A stretch of DNA of 64,000 bases from Octopus vulgaris (GCA_951406725.2 OX597829.1:43834001-43898000), one strand, 5' to 3'. Positions 1 through 11,459 are shown, numbered from the stretch's first letter. Notes: a model not told the origin generated them from the letters alone. Translations and numbers: made by a program.

Positions 1-105
1 GTCTGTGGAGTGCTCAGCCACATACACGTTAATTTCACGAGCATGCTGTTCCGTTGATCGGATCAACCGGAACCCTCGTTGTCGTAACCGACAGAGTGCT
101 TCCAC
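1..105 (+). mobile_element. 3' tail of tRNA-derived SINE family C (cut by window edge)
   Basis: GTCTGTGGAGTGCTCAGCCAC...GGAACCCTCGTTGTCGTAACCGAC is the reverse complement of the tail of the full copy at 17615-17993. Confidence 0.8.
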
Positions 106-185
106 AAAACTATCATGTATATCACTACAAATAAAGACAACCAGGTAGCGGCTGTAATATCTTTCACTTTAGGACTGCTAATCAC

Positions 186-440
186 GTGATCACGTGACCG
201 CCCAGGCTATCAGATGTTGTTACACCTCGCTGGTTACAATGCGCTTTTTTGCGTTGTTTTAGACCTCAAATGACACCACTCCGCTGGCTAAGCAAGCAGT
301 CCAACATTCCCCGCCAATCGAAGCAACATGAAATGAAGTGTTTCGCGCAAGAACACAACACACTACCCAGTCAGGGAATCGAACCCACGGCCTAACGATC
401 ATCACTGCAACAACCTAACCACAAGGCCACGTGCCTTCAC
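186..440 (-). mobile_element. tRNA-derived SINE (family D head, own 3' tail)
   Basis: Minus strand GAAGGCACGTGGCCTTGTGGTTAGG (A box)...GGGTTCGATTCCC (B box)...TTGTGTTCTTGCGCGAAACACTTCATTTCATGTTGC; the same head recurs at 11460-11580 and 49490-49610. Confidence 0.7.
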
Positions 441-1469
441 AGGACTACTAATAGTAAAGGTAAATAAAAACAACGGAATTATCAATTTCACTTGATCTGG
501 TAAACATAGCAACCAAATCTCTCTCAGATCATATTCTACATTTTTGTTTCTTCATAAATTAGAAACAAAGAAAATGGCGCAAATGACAACGAAAAGACAT
601 TGGCAAAATAAAGATGAAGAAAAGAAAGAAAGGGAAAAGGAATAAATAAAAAAGAAAGGAAAGAAAACAGAAAAAAAGAATGATTGTTAGAATGGAGGGA
701 AACAAAAAAGAACGCTGGACAATCCTGGATTTACAAAAAGACGGGATGGGCCCGGTGGAAAGTATTTGACCATGGGTCTGTAATGAGGTTAAACACAAAC
801 ATAACAGCAACAAAGAGGGGTCGTGTGTCTAATTCATAAGAAAACCATTTTAGTGAGAAAGGAGGAGGAAGTGCGTTGAGTGAGACTAAGGCAGGAAGGA
901 AACGGGAGAGCAAGCATGCGCAGGGGAACGTCGGCGATTAATTGACCTCATCCAGTTCAAGGAGGAGCAGCCATCACCTAGATTAGAAAGTCTTAAGCCT
1001 GTTTGGCAGTGTTCTCTGAAGCGGTGGGGTGGACCAGTTCATACGCCATTGATTCAATTGACCAAGCGTGCGTATATGTGTGTATGCATGTATTTATACA
1101 CACACGAGAGTGCGCGCACACACACAAACACACACACACACATTCGGATTGTATGCTTGTTGGTTCATGGTTGTTTTTGTTCAAATACACACGACCTTAA
1201 ACACACACACACACACACACCAGTATGCGAGAGTGTGTGTATGAGGGTATATATGGCATATATGTATGTATGTATGTTTTTATCAATGTATGTGTTGTTT
1301 GTGATATTTACGGCTGTTTATATATGTTCTTCGGATATGTATTCATAAAGATACATGTACATACATTTACATGGATGTGTGTGTGTCTGTTTGTATGTAT
1401 GTATGTATGAATGTATGTATGTATGTATGTATGTATATATATATATACATACATATATACATACATACA

Positions 1470-1520
<51 letters not shown>

Positions 1521-1523
<3 letters not shown>

Positions 1524-1927
1524 TGGAAGAGTGACTGTGTGGTAAGTAGCTTGCTTACAAACCACATGGTTCCGGGTTCAGTCCCACTACGTAGAACCTT
1601 GGGCAAGTGTCTTCTACTAAAGCCTCGGACCGACCAAAGCCTCGTGAGTGGATTTGGTAGACGGAAACTGGAAAGAAGCCTGTCGTATATATGTATATAT
1701 ATATATATGTATGTGTATGTGTGTATTTGTGTGTCTGTGTTTGTCCTCCCAACATCGCTTGACAACCGATGCTGGTGTGTTTACATCCCCGTAACTTAGT
1801 GGTTCGGCAAAAGAAACCAATAGAATAAGTACTATGCTCACAAAGAACAAGTCCTGGGGGCCGATTTGCTCGACTAAATGCGGTGCTCCAGCAAATGACT
1901 GAAACAAGTAAAAAAGAGAGTAAGAAT
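1521..1927 (+). mobile_element. SINE-A, near full length
   Basis: tRNA-like head (GTGACTGTGTGGTAAGTAGC...GGGTTCAGTCCC), CCTTGGGCAAGTGTCTT segment, internal (TA)/(TG) tract, 3' GACTGAAACAAGTAAAA tail; recurs many times in the window. Confidence 0.9.
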
Positions 1928-1965
<38 letters not shown>

Positions 1966-2477
1966 ACATATATATATATATGTATATATATGTATGTATG
2001 TATGTACGCATGTATGTATGTATGTATAAATATATATTTATAATGCATATATATGTATATGTGTGTGTGTGTGAGTGTGTGCGTATGCGCGTGTCTATGT
2101 GTGTGAGTGCACGTGTGTGATCCATGAAATGTGTTCGTGAGCGCACATGCATTGTTGGGGTACGGAAAAAAAAAACACCCGTAGTTCTGAACTCTTCGTA
2201 CAATTTCTCGCTCTCGCCAAAAAAAAAAAAAAACCAGAAATTAGAAAAAAAAAAAAGAAGAAAAATGGAAAAGAGAAAAACAAAACAAAAAAAGAAAAAT
2301 CGTTTAATGCCTCGCTAAGGGTGTCTGTAGACTGACAGTCTCTCGGGTGGATTACAGTCAATTGTTCGGGGTGGCTTGAGTGTGTTTGTTGATACTCTCC
2401 ACGGTAACTGTCATCGTCGACATCCCACCCCTCCTCTTCAATGTCGTTTCTTATCTACGGTGTTGCTTGTGTAGTAA

Positions 2478-3343
2478 TGGTGGTGGTGGAGGTGGTGGTG
2501 GTGGTAGTGGTGCTGGTGGTGACGGTGGTGGAGGTGGTGGTGGTGATGGTGGTGGTGGTGGTTATGGTGGTGGTGGTGGTGGTGGTGATGGTGGTGGAGG
2601 TGGTGGTGATGGTGGTGATGGTGGTGGTAGTGGTGGTGGTGGTGGTGGTGGTGATGGTGGTGCTGGTGGTGGGGTGGTGACGGTGGTGGTGGTGGTGGTG
2701 GTGGTGACGGTGTTGTTGGTGGTGGTGGTGGTGGTTCTGGAAGCGATGTTGTTGTTGTTGCTGTCGTTGGCTTTAATGGTGTGGTTGGTGGCGTTGTTGT
2801 TGGTTGGTTTTGGTGGCGATCAGGTGGCGCTGGTGTTGTTTGGTGGTGATCTCTGATATTAGCGGCGAAGGTATCGCTGATGTTGGTGTTGGTGCTAGTT
2901 GCTGTTGTATAGGTGTTGGTTGACAGAGGTGCAGAGGTGATGGTGATGGTGATAGTGATAACGACGGCGATAACAGTGGTGGTGGTGGTGATGCGGTGAT
3001 GGTAGTGGTGGTGGTGATTGTGGTGATGGTAGTGGTGATTCTGGCAGTGGTGATTGTGGTGGTGGTGATTGTGATGATTGCAGTGGTGGTTGTGGTGGTT
3101 GTGATGGTGGTCGTCGTCGTAGTGACTGTAGTGGTGGTGGTGGTGGTCGTCGTCGTAGTGACTGTAGTGGTGGTGGTGGTGGTGGTTTTGGTTGTGGTAG
3201 TGGTGGTGGTGTTTCAGGTGGTTGTGGCGGTGGTGGTGCTGGTGGTCGCGGTGGTGGCGGGCATCGTCGTGTTAGTGGTGGTTGTAGTGACGGTGGTTGT
3301 GACGGTGGTCGTCGTGATCGTGGTTAGTGTTGTAGTGTTGTTG

Positions 3344-3377
<34 letters not shown>

Positions 3378-4440
3378 CGATGTAGAGCTGTAGTAGTGGT
3401 GGTAGTGCTGGTGGTTATTGCAATGATGATGGGTTGAAAAGCTGTATTGTGTTTGGTTGGTAGAGTACCAAAAGGTAGCAATTTCACCGCCTCCGCCGCA
3501 ACCACCGCACCCGCTGGCACCTCCGCAGCTGCAGCCGCCGCCACCACCACAGCCGTCACAATCACTGCCAACCATCGCCGCTACCGTCGTCGCCTTCGCC
3601 TCCGCCTCCGCCGAAAACCCGCTTCGGCAGTGGTGGGTTGAGATTCGTAGCGCTGGTGGTAGCGATGTTGTGGCCGTGAATGGTTGGTGATGGTACTACT
3701 GGTAGTTATAGTGATAATAGTCAAATGTTTATTGCCGTAGAGGCGTTTGTGATGTTAGGCGGCGGCGGTGGTAGTGGTGGTGGTAGTGGTGGTGGTGGTG
3801 GTTGTGGTGGTGGTTGTGGTGGTGGTGGTAGTAGTGGTGGTGGTGGTGATGGTAGCGGTGTTGGTGGTAGTGGTGGTGGTGGTGGTGGTTGTGGTGGTGG
3901 TTGTGGTGGTGGTGGTAGTAGTGGTGGTGGTGGTGATGGTAGTGGTGTTGGTGGTAGTGGTGGTGGTGGTGGTGGTGCGACGAAAGTACAAAATTGTTGC
4001 TCTGATGAAAATGTGGGTGACGGCGGTAGCTTAGTTATTGTTGGTGTTGGTGGAAGTTGTGGTGCTGATGATGGTGATAGTGGTGGTGGTTGTGGTGGTA
4101 GTGTTGTTGTTGGTGGTGGTGGTAAATTTGGAACCTAGCTTTTAAATGGTGACGGTGATAGTGATGGTGATGGTAGTGGTGGTGGTGGTGGTGGGTGGTG
4201 GTGGTGGTGGTGGTGGTGGTGGTGGTGATGGTGGTGGAGGTGGCGAAGGTGGTGGTGATGGTGATGGTGATGGTGTTAATGGTGGTATTGGTAGTATTGT
4301 TATTTTAGTTGGTGGTGGTCATAGCATTGGTCGTCATGGTCGAAGTGGTCCTGGTTTTGGGCGGAGGTTTTCCTGTAAGTGCTGGTGAAGGTGACAATGG
4401 GTATGCTGGTGGTGGTAGTGGTGGTGGTGGACATGGTTGA
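2478..4440. repeat. Long degenerate (GGT)n/(GTT)n low-complexity region
   Basis: Trinucleotide mosaic giving poly-G/V/T/H ORFs; internal direct repeat around 3770-3975. Confidence 0.85.
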
Positions 4441-4612
4441 AATGGAGGCAGTGGTACTGGTGACCGGGACTGCTGTTGTAAGGACTTGAACAGTTTAAAA
4501 CGTATGTTGTAATAGCTGTCTCTTGTGACGTTGTTCTTGAAAATGAATACAACAGCTCTTACCGTTGTTGCTATGGTTATAACTAACGGTTAAAATCTTT
4601 AAAAAAAAGAAG

Positions 4613-4773
4613 TCACACACGTGACTGTATGTTAAGGAGCTAGCGTCTCAACCAAATGGTTCCAGGTTCAGTCCCACTGCGTGGCACCTTCGGCAAGTGT
4701 CTTCAACAATGGCCTCGGTCAGATTAAAGCCTTGCGAGTGGATGGGGTAGACGGAATCTGAAAGAACCTCGTC

Positions 4774-4815
<42 letters not shown>
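4613..4815 (+). mobile_element. SINE-A 5' half (diverged), ends in (TA)n
   Basis: GGTTCCAGGTTCAGTCCCACTGCGTGGCACCTT...GAAAGAACCTCGTCG followed by (TA)n. Confidence 0.8.
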
Positions 4816-4823
<8 letters not shown>

Positions 4824-5046
4824 TGAGTAAACATTATCTGGGATAATTTTTCTTAAAGTAGTGGAAATAGCTAAAAACCTTTTTGGCTGCTATTTCTAAA
4901 AAGTTCAGTATGTGGCAAAGTAATTTATTTTACTAAGCCCTAATTATATAATGTAATATTTTGAATACGTCTTAAATGGTCCTTTTACATACTGAACACT
5001 ACTTCGTGAAATTGATTAATAACTAATTAATTTTACCCTCAATTAT

Positions 5047-5095
<49 letters not shown>

Positions 5096-5272
5096 TATAT
5101 ATATATATGGGTGTGTGTGATTGTGTATAGAAGAATATATTAATAAAAAGAATTCCAACCTTGTCTGATTTTCACGTTTTATTTACAATCTTATAATGAT
5201 ATATTATAAGATAATATATTATAATTGAGTAAAATAAAATGAAATAGTAGAATGTTAAATATTCATTCTGAT

Positions 5273-5317
5273 TGAACTAGTACTTTCATGCATTGAATTC
5301 TGCAATCTTTGGGTTCA
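5273..5317 (-). ncRNA. Decayed minimal type I hammerhead ribozyme fold
   Basis: Minus: TGAAC-CCAAAGA-TTGCA GAATTCAA TGCAT-GAAA-GTAC-TA-GTTCA; 5-bp stem I, TGCA/TGCA stem II, palindromic stem III; core is two changes from CTGAAGA. Confidence 0.55.
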
Positions 5318-5390
5318 TGTAGTAGTGTTGACAGTCATGCTTCACAATTTTTTCACAATTTTTTACCATATATATATATATATATATATA

Positions 5391-5780
5391 TGGTAAGTAG
5401 CTTGCTAACCAACCACATGGTTCCGGGTCCAGTCCCACTGCGTGGCATCTTGGGCAAGTGTCTTCTTCTATAGCCCCGAGCCGACCAATGCCTTGTGAGT
5501 GGATTTGGTAGACGGAAACTGAAAGAAGCCTGTCGTATATATGTATATATATATAAGTGTGTGTGTATATGTTTGTGTGTCTGTGTTTGTCCCCCTAGCA
5601 TTGCTTGACAACCGATGCTGGTGTGTTTACGTCCCCGTAACTTAGCGGTTCGGCAAAAGAGAACGATAGAATAAGTACTAGGCTTACAAAGAATAAGTCC
5701 CGGGGTCGATTTGCTCGACTAAAGGCGGTGCTCCAGCATGGCCACAGTCAAATGACTGAAACAAGTAAGAGAGAAAAAGA

Positions 5781-5782
<2 letters not shown>
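5391..5782 (+). mobile_element. SINE-A, slightly 5'-truncated, between (TA)n tracts
   Basis: Matches the other SINE-A copies from TGGTAAGTAGC to the tail. Confidence 0.9.
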
Positions 5783-5828
<46 letters not shown>

Positions 5829-5897
5829 TGCTGTGTCTAGGGAGAGTCATTCTCTTTTGGTGCCTTAAAATTTATGTATATATATATATATATATAT

Positions 5898-6062
5898 ATG
5901 GTGTGTTTACGTCCCCGAAATCAGGTGATTCGGCAAAAGACACCGATAGAATGAGTATTAGGCTTACAATGAATAAGTCCTGGGGTCGATTTGTTCGACT
6001 AAAAGTGGTGCTCCAGCACGGCCGAATTAAATGACTGAGCAAGTAAATGAATAAAAGAATAT
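5898..6062 (+). mobile_element. SINE-A 3' half (diverged)
   Basis: GGTGTGTTTACGTCCCCG...TGGGGTCGATTTGTTCGACTAAA...AAATGACTGA; probable partner of the 5' half at 4613-4815. Confidence 0.8.
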
Positions 6063-6149
6063 ATTTATGTTTGTGTGTGTATATGTGTGTGCGTGTGTGC
6101 ACGCGCTTATATATTCGTATGTGAGTGTGCTTGCATATACCATTATTAC

Positions 6150-6355
6150 GATTGAGGGAAGCTTTATGAAAATAAACAAAAGACGAAGGCAGGTGGAATA
6201 CAAACAACCAATTGGCGCTCAGGAATATAAATAAAACAAGTCTTTTACGTTTCGAGCCTACGCTCTTTAACAGAAGGATACACAGAAAAGAAACACGGAG
6301 AGAAACAAGGAGAGAAAAAAAATGCGTGCAGAAGCTAGTGAATCAACATGGCGAT
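6150..6355 (-). mobile_element. Penelope-like terminal fragment with degenerate hammerhead (6241-6278)
   Basis: Related to 11197-11385 and 31001-31210; minus TCCTT-CTGTTAA-A-GAGC GTAG GCTC-GAAA-CG-TA-AAAGA. Confidence 0.5.
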
Positions 6356-6384
6356 ATATATATATATATACATTTTTTACCTTT

Positions 6385-6560
6385 TGATCTTTTACTTCTT
6401 TCAATCATTAGACTGAGGCCATGCCGGGGCACCGCCGTGAAGCGAATTACTTGTCGTCGAATGAATCGACTACAGCACTACATTTTAAAGCCTGGTACTT
6501 AATTGTATCGGTCACATTTTGCCGAACAAACACCGTCCACTAAGACACACACACATAAAC
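6385..6560 (-). mobile_element. SINE-A 3' half (old, diverged)
   Basis: TTTCAATCATTAGACTGAGGCCATGCCGGGGCACCGCC...TTTTGCCGAAC matches the reverse complement of the SINE-A tail. Confidence 0.7.
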
Positions 6561-6637
6561 ATATATGCATGTATAAATATAGAAATATATATATATATAA
6601 CTTATTTGCCTTTCTCGCTAAGATAAATATTTCAATT

Positions 6638-6706
6638 AACCTGAAGATTGACTGTAACCATAACTCGAATTATTACGAATTGTACAGCCATGAAACGATC
6701 GTAGTG
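6638..6706 (+). ncRNA. Minimal type I hammerhead ribozyme fold with extended stem II
   Basis: CTGAAGA (6641-6647), stem II TG(A)CTGTA...TACAG(C)CA, GAAA (6692-6695), palindromic CGATCG, GTA cleavage triplet; stem I only about 2 bp. Confidence 0.6.
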
Positions 6707-7185
6707 TTTTACTCTTTATCTTTTATTAAACTTTTAATACTTTTGATATATATTTAAAATAATATAAATTAATTAATTTTATGTATTGGCTTATGTTTTT
6801 CATTGTTTGATTTGCCTAATAGTGGTTTTATCTCTAAATTAATATAATATATGATATATTTTACTATAAAATTGGATTTAATACTAAATTTGATTTTTCC
6901 CTGTAAGTTTGGATTTATTCCCTAATATTTTATTATTAATATATATATATACATCTAATGTAGGATAAAATGTTTTCGAAAAAGAAAAATTTTATCAATG
7001 GCCAGCATATTAAAAAATACCTTTAAAGGTTAAATTATAAACAACTTGTAAATAAGGGCAAACGAAAAAAATTCCAATGCCAAATATGCCGAAAATTGGA
7101 CATAATGTCCATTTACCATATAATTTTTCACAATACGCACGCTACTCGAAAAAAGGTCGACAGAAATCTCAAAAAAATTCCATTA

Positions 7186-7245
7186 TTACCATATCGGAGC
7201 GATTTCAGGGTTAGTTCAAAAAGAACCCCCCTTCGTCAGTCATAC
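7186..7245 (-). ncRNA. Type I hammerhead ribozyme fold
   Basis: Minus: CTGACGA-AGGG..GGTTC TTTTT GAACT..CCCT-GAAA-TCG CTC CGA-TA; intact core, stems II and III; stem I imperfect. Confidence 0.6.
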
Positions 7246-7415
7246 ATGTGGCAAAGAAGTAAATGAGATACTTACTCATACCCATAGAAGAAGCAAACAC
7301 TAAGTCATGAGCACAATTAAGTACCCCAAATAAATCCAAAATAGAAATACTCCAGACCATTCGAGACACGTGCGATTCGAACTGAGGCACTATATATATA
7401 TATATATATATATAT

Positions 7416-7572
7416 ACGACGGGCTTCTTTCAGTTTTCATGTACCACATCCACTCACAAGGCTTTGTTCGGCCCGTGGCTATATAGTAGAAAACAGCAGT
7501 TGCTCAATGTGACATACAATGGGACTGAACCTTGGAATCATGAGGTTCGGAAGTGAAAAATCTTATCATAAC
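7416..7572 (-). mobile_element. SINE-A 5' half (old, diverged)
   Basis: ACGACGGGCTTCTTTCAGTTT...GGGACTGAACC; partner of 6385-6560. Confidence 0.75.
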
Positions 7573-7777
7573 AATCCATCTATCTGTCTATCAGTCTATC
7601 TAATAGCTACCAAGTTATCTCTCTCTCTCTCTCTCTCTTAATAAAATGGCGATCTTTTATCCTTTTTCCATGTCTTTTAGTTAATTCTACAAGATGACAC
7701 CTTTCTCTGTCCCTATCTTCTTATTCCTTTCATTTTCACCTTGCCATTTCCCATCCACTTCATATCATTACCCTTCG

Positions 7778-7830
<53 letters not shown>

Positions 7831-8204
7831 CTCTTTCTTTGTTTCTCTGTCTCTTTATTATTTACTTTTTTTTGTTTCTTTCTCTGTCTATCAAGCCTTC
7901 TGGTCTTTTTCTTGTTTCTCTTGTTTATTTATTTATTTATTTTGTGTTGGGGGGTGCCACTTGTTGACATTGTGTCGCCTTGTAATCTTTCTATCAACAA
8001 CTTGTCTCTATAAGTGACGCCAGTTAACTTATGACGTTGCGTTTGCTTCCCCCCCTTTTTTTTTACTCTTCTTTTTGGCTGTGAACTTTGATAGACGTTT
8101 TTATTTTTTATTTTTAAACCATGTAAACCGACCGAATCAAGAATTCAAACCTGTTGAGTTGTAAATTTTGCCTGTAATTTCTACTGTAAGCTCGATATGC
8201 GTAG

Positions 8205-8394
8205 ATTAGGTAGATAGGTACATACATACATACATACATACATACATACATACATACGTAGATACATACATACATACATACATACATGCATACATGGATA
8301 CACAGAAAGGTCGGTAGGTAGGAAGGCTGGTAAATAAAGAGATAGTCAGATAGGCAGGCAGGTAAGTAAAGACCATAGATAGATAGACATATAA

Positions 8395-8427
<33 letters not shown>

Positions 8428-8456
8428 CAGACAGAGAGACAGAAAGACAGACAGAA

Positions 8457-8539
<83 letters not shown>

Positions 8540-8618
8540 GAGATAGATAGCTCATAGATAGATAGATAGATATATCATAGATAGATTGAAAGATAGATAG
8601 ATAGATCGTAGATAGATT

Positions 8619-8689
<71 letters not shown>

Positions 8690-8827
8690 GCATACATACA
8701 TACATACATACATACATACATACATACATACATACATACATGCATGCATACACAAAATGGTCGGTAGGTAGGCCGGCTGATAAATAAAGAGATAGATACG
8801 AAGAGAGGTAGGTAAAAGCATAGATAA

Positions 8828-8912
<85 letters not shown>

Positions 8913-8965
8913 TAGATAGATATATAGATAGATAGATATATAGATAGATAAATAGATCATAGATA
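8205..8965. repeat. Compound (TACA)n/(GATA)n/(GACA)n microsatellite with a repeated spacer
   Basis: Direct reading; spacer TACACA.AA.GGTCGGTAGGT...TAAAGAGATAG recurs at about 8300, 8750 and 9485. Confidence 0.85.
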
Positions 8966-8967
8966 AA

Positions 8968-9129
8968 TAGGCGCAGGAGTGGCTGTGTGGTAAGTAGCTT
9001 GCTAACCAACCACATGGTTCCGGGTTCAGTCCCACTGCGTGGCATCTTTTGCTATAGCCCCAGGCTGACCAATGCCTTGTGAGTGGATTTGGTAGACGGA
9101 AAATGAAAGAAGCCTGTCATATATACATA

Positions 9130-9192
<63 letters not shown>

Positions 9193-9423
9193 GTATGTGT
9201 ATGTATGTGTTTGTGTGTCTGTGTTTGTCCCCCTAGCATTGCTTGACAACCGATGCTGGTGTGTTTACGTCCCCGTCACTTAGCGGTTCGGCAAAAGAGA
9301 CCGTAAGTACTGGGCTTACAAAGAATAAGTCCCGAGGTCGATTTGCTCAACTTAAAGGCGGTGCTCCAGCATGGCCGCAGTCAAATGACTGAAACAAGTA
9401 AAAGAGTAAAAGAGTAAAAGAGA
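8968..9423 (+). mobile_element. SINE-A with small internal deletions
   Basis: TAGGCGCAGGAGTGGCTGTGTGG start, (GAGTAAAA)n tail. Confidence 0.9.
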
Positions 9424-9689
9424 GATAGATAGTTAAACAGATACATACATACATACATACATTACACATACATACATACTTGCATACACAGAATGGTCGG
9501 TAGGTTAGGGTGGTTAATAAAGTGATAGTCAGAGGGGAAGGCATGTAAGTAAAAAAACATAGGCAAATAGATAAATAGATAAATGAGGAACGAACAACAG
9601 AAAGAGAAAAAGGAAGCAAAGCATTTACTTGGTTATATTCGAGGTTTTGTGGTGCTCCTGGTTTCACTGAATGGCTGACTTTCTAATGT

Positions 9690-9911
9690 TTACTCTTTAC
9701 TCTTTTGCACTTTTACTTATTTCAGTCATTTGACTGCGGCCATGCTGGAGCACCGCCTTTAGTCGAGCAACTCGACCCCGGGACTTATTCTTTTTGTAAG
9801 CCCAGTACTTATTCTATCCGTCTCTTTTGCCGAACCGGTAAGTGACGGGGACGTAAACACACCAGCATCGGTTGTCAAGCAATGCTAGGGGGACAAACAC
9901 AGACACACAAA

Positions 9912-9971
<60 letters not shown>

Positions 9972-10152
9972 TATATATACATATATACGACAGGCTTCTT
10001 TCAGTTTCCGTCTACCAAATCCACTCACAAGGCGTTGGTCGGCCCGAGGCTATAGTAGAAGACACTTGCCCAAGGTGCCACGCAGTGGGACTGAACCCAG
10101 AACCATGTGGTTGGTAAGCAAGCTAATTACCACACAGCCACTCCTGCGCCTA
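9690..10152 (-). mobile_element. SINE-A, full length
   Basis: Reverse-complement match from the tail to CCTGCGCCTA. Confidence 0.92.
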
Positions 10153-10201
10153 TGACACATTTCGTGTGTGCGAGCGTGTGTATGAGTGTGTACGAGTGAG
10201 T

Positions 10202-10267
<66 letters not shown>

Positions 10268-10749
10268 AATAGTGAGAAACATTTCTCATGGCACCAGCAG
10301 ACAAAATGGAAAAGGCATTGCTCCGGAGGCGAAATTATTTTCTCACGAGAGTTCCGGATCCCAGTAAGGAACTCATTTGCATACAGCCAAACAGAGCTTA
10401 CCTTGGCCTTGCTGTCAAATTAACAAACACACTCTACCAAGTAAACTCAAGACGAATGACGGTGTTGTAAGTCGACCAATCGCTAAGTTATTCCCTGATA
10501 TTAGAAGGAGACAAGTAATGAGATAGATTTGCATTTATACCTATTGTTGGATTTTCTTAGGGCCTCATGTGGTAAAGATGTGGATGGGAAAAATGTGGGT
10601 AAAAGGTGAAGTGCTAGCAACCCTCCACCCTTACTGTTTTACAAAGTAAACAACAACAGAACACGTAGATGCTGCCTTCATTTCAGCTTAGAAGCTACAG
10701 CTTCTAAACTGAAGTGAAGGCAGCATGTTCTTTGTCCATCCCTTACCTT

Positions 10750-11030
10750 CTTGGAGATTTTAGGTAAAATTATATTAATGTGTCCACCTGTTTTAATATA
10801 ATTAAATTCTATGTCTTTATGTAGCGGAGGATTGCTCTGCATTTAAATTGATGTAATGATTGCATTGTTCAATTAAATGGTGTTGCTCGAAACGACCGTT
10901 CTGCATCACCTCTGGATATGCTTGTGGCTTATTTTGATTTTAATCACCATATTTTGAAATTGTATGGATAATACCGTATTAAATTCTAGTGCCTTTAACT
11001 TAAGCACCATATTCATCTGAATCTACATTA
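10750..11030 (+). mobile_element. Penelope-like terminal repeat fragment with hammerhead fold (10819-10906)
   Basis: Second copy at 35088-35270; ATGTAG-CGGAGGA-long stem II-GAAA-CGACCG-TT-CTGCAT; 3' end runs into (TA)n. Confidence 0.6.
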
Positions 11031-11124
11031 TATATATTACTAGTATATGCGTGTACTAGTTTTTGTTTTCACCTTGTTTTGCATTTATGCACATACTCGC
11101 ACATATACATAAACACTTACATGC

Positions 11125-11196
<72 letters not shown>

Positions 11197-11201
<5 letters not shown>

Positions 11202-11384
11202 TAATCCAAACAAGAAAACACAAAAAAAAAACACAGCAACGCGAGGACGTGGAACAAATAAAGTATTATTGGACGCTCAGGAAAGAAGGGAAGAAGGAGG
11301 GTTTAACATTTCGAGCGGAGCTCTTCGTCGGAAACATAGGGGAAGGGAAAGATCCAGAGAAGGGAAGACAGAGGAAAAAAATCG

Positions 11385-11385
<1 letters not shown>
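11197..11385 (-). mobile_element. (TA)n-flanked Penelope-like terminal fragment with hammerhead variant (11301-11335)
   Basis: Near-identical to 31001-31210; minus GTTT-CCGACGA-A-GAGC TCC GCTC-GAAA-TG-TT-AAAC. Confidence 0.65.
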
Positions 11386-11415
<30 letters not shown>

Positions 11416-11459
11416 ACCATATTACATTGCTTATATCAAGTGATATTGTATGATCGGAC

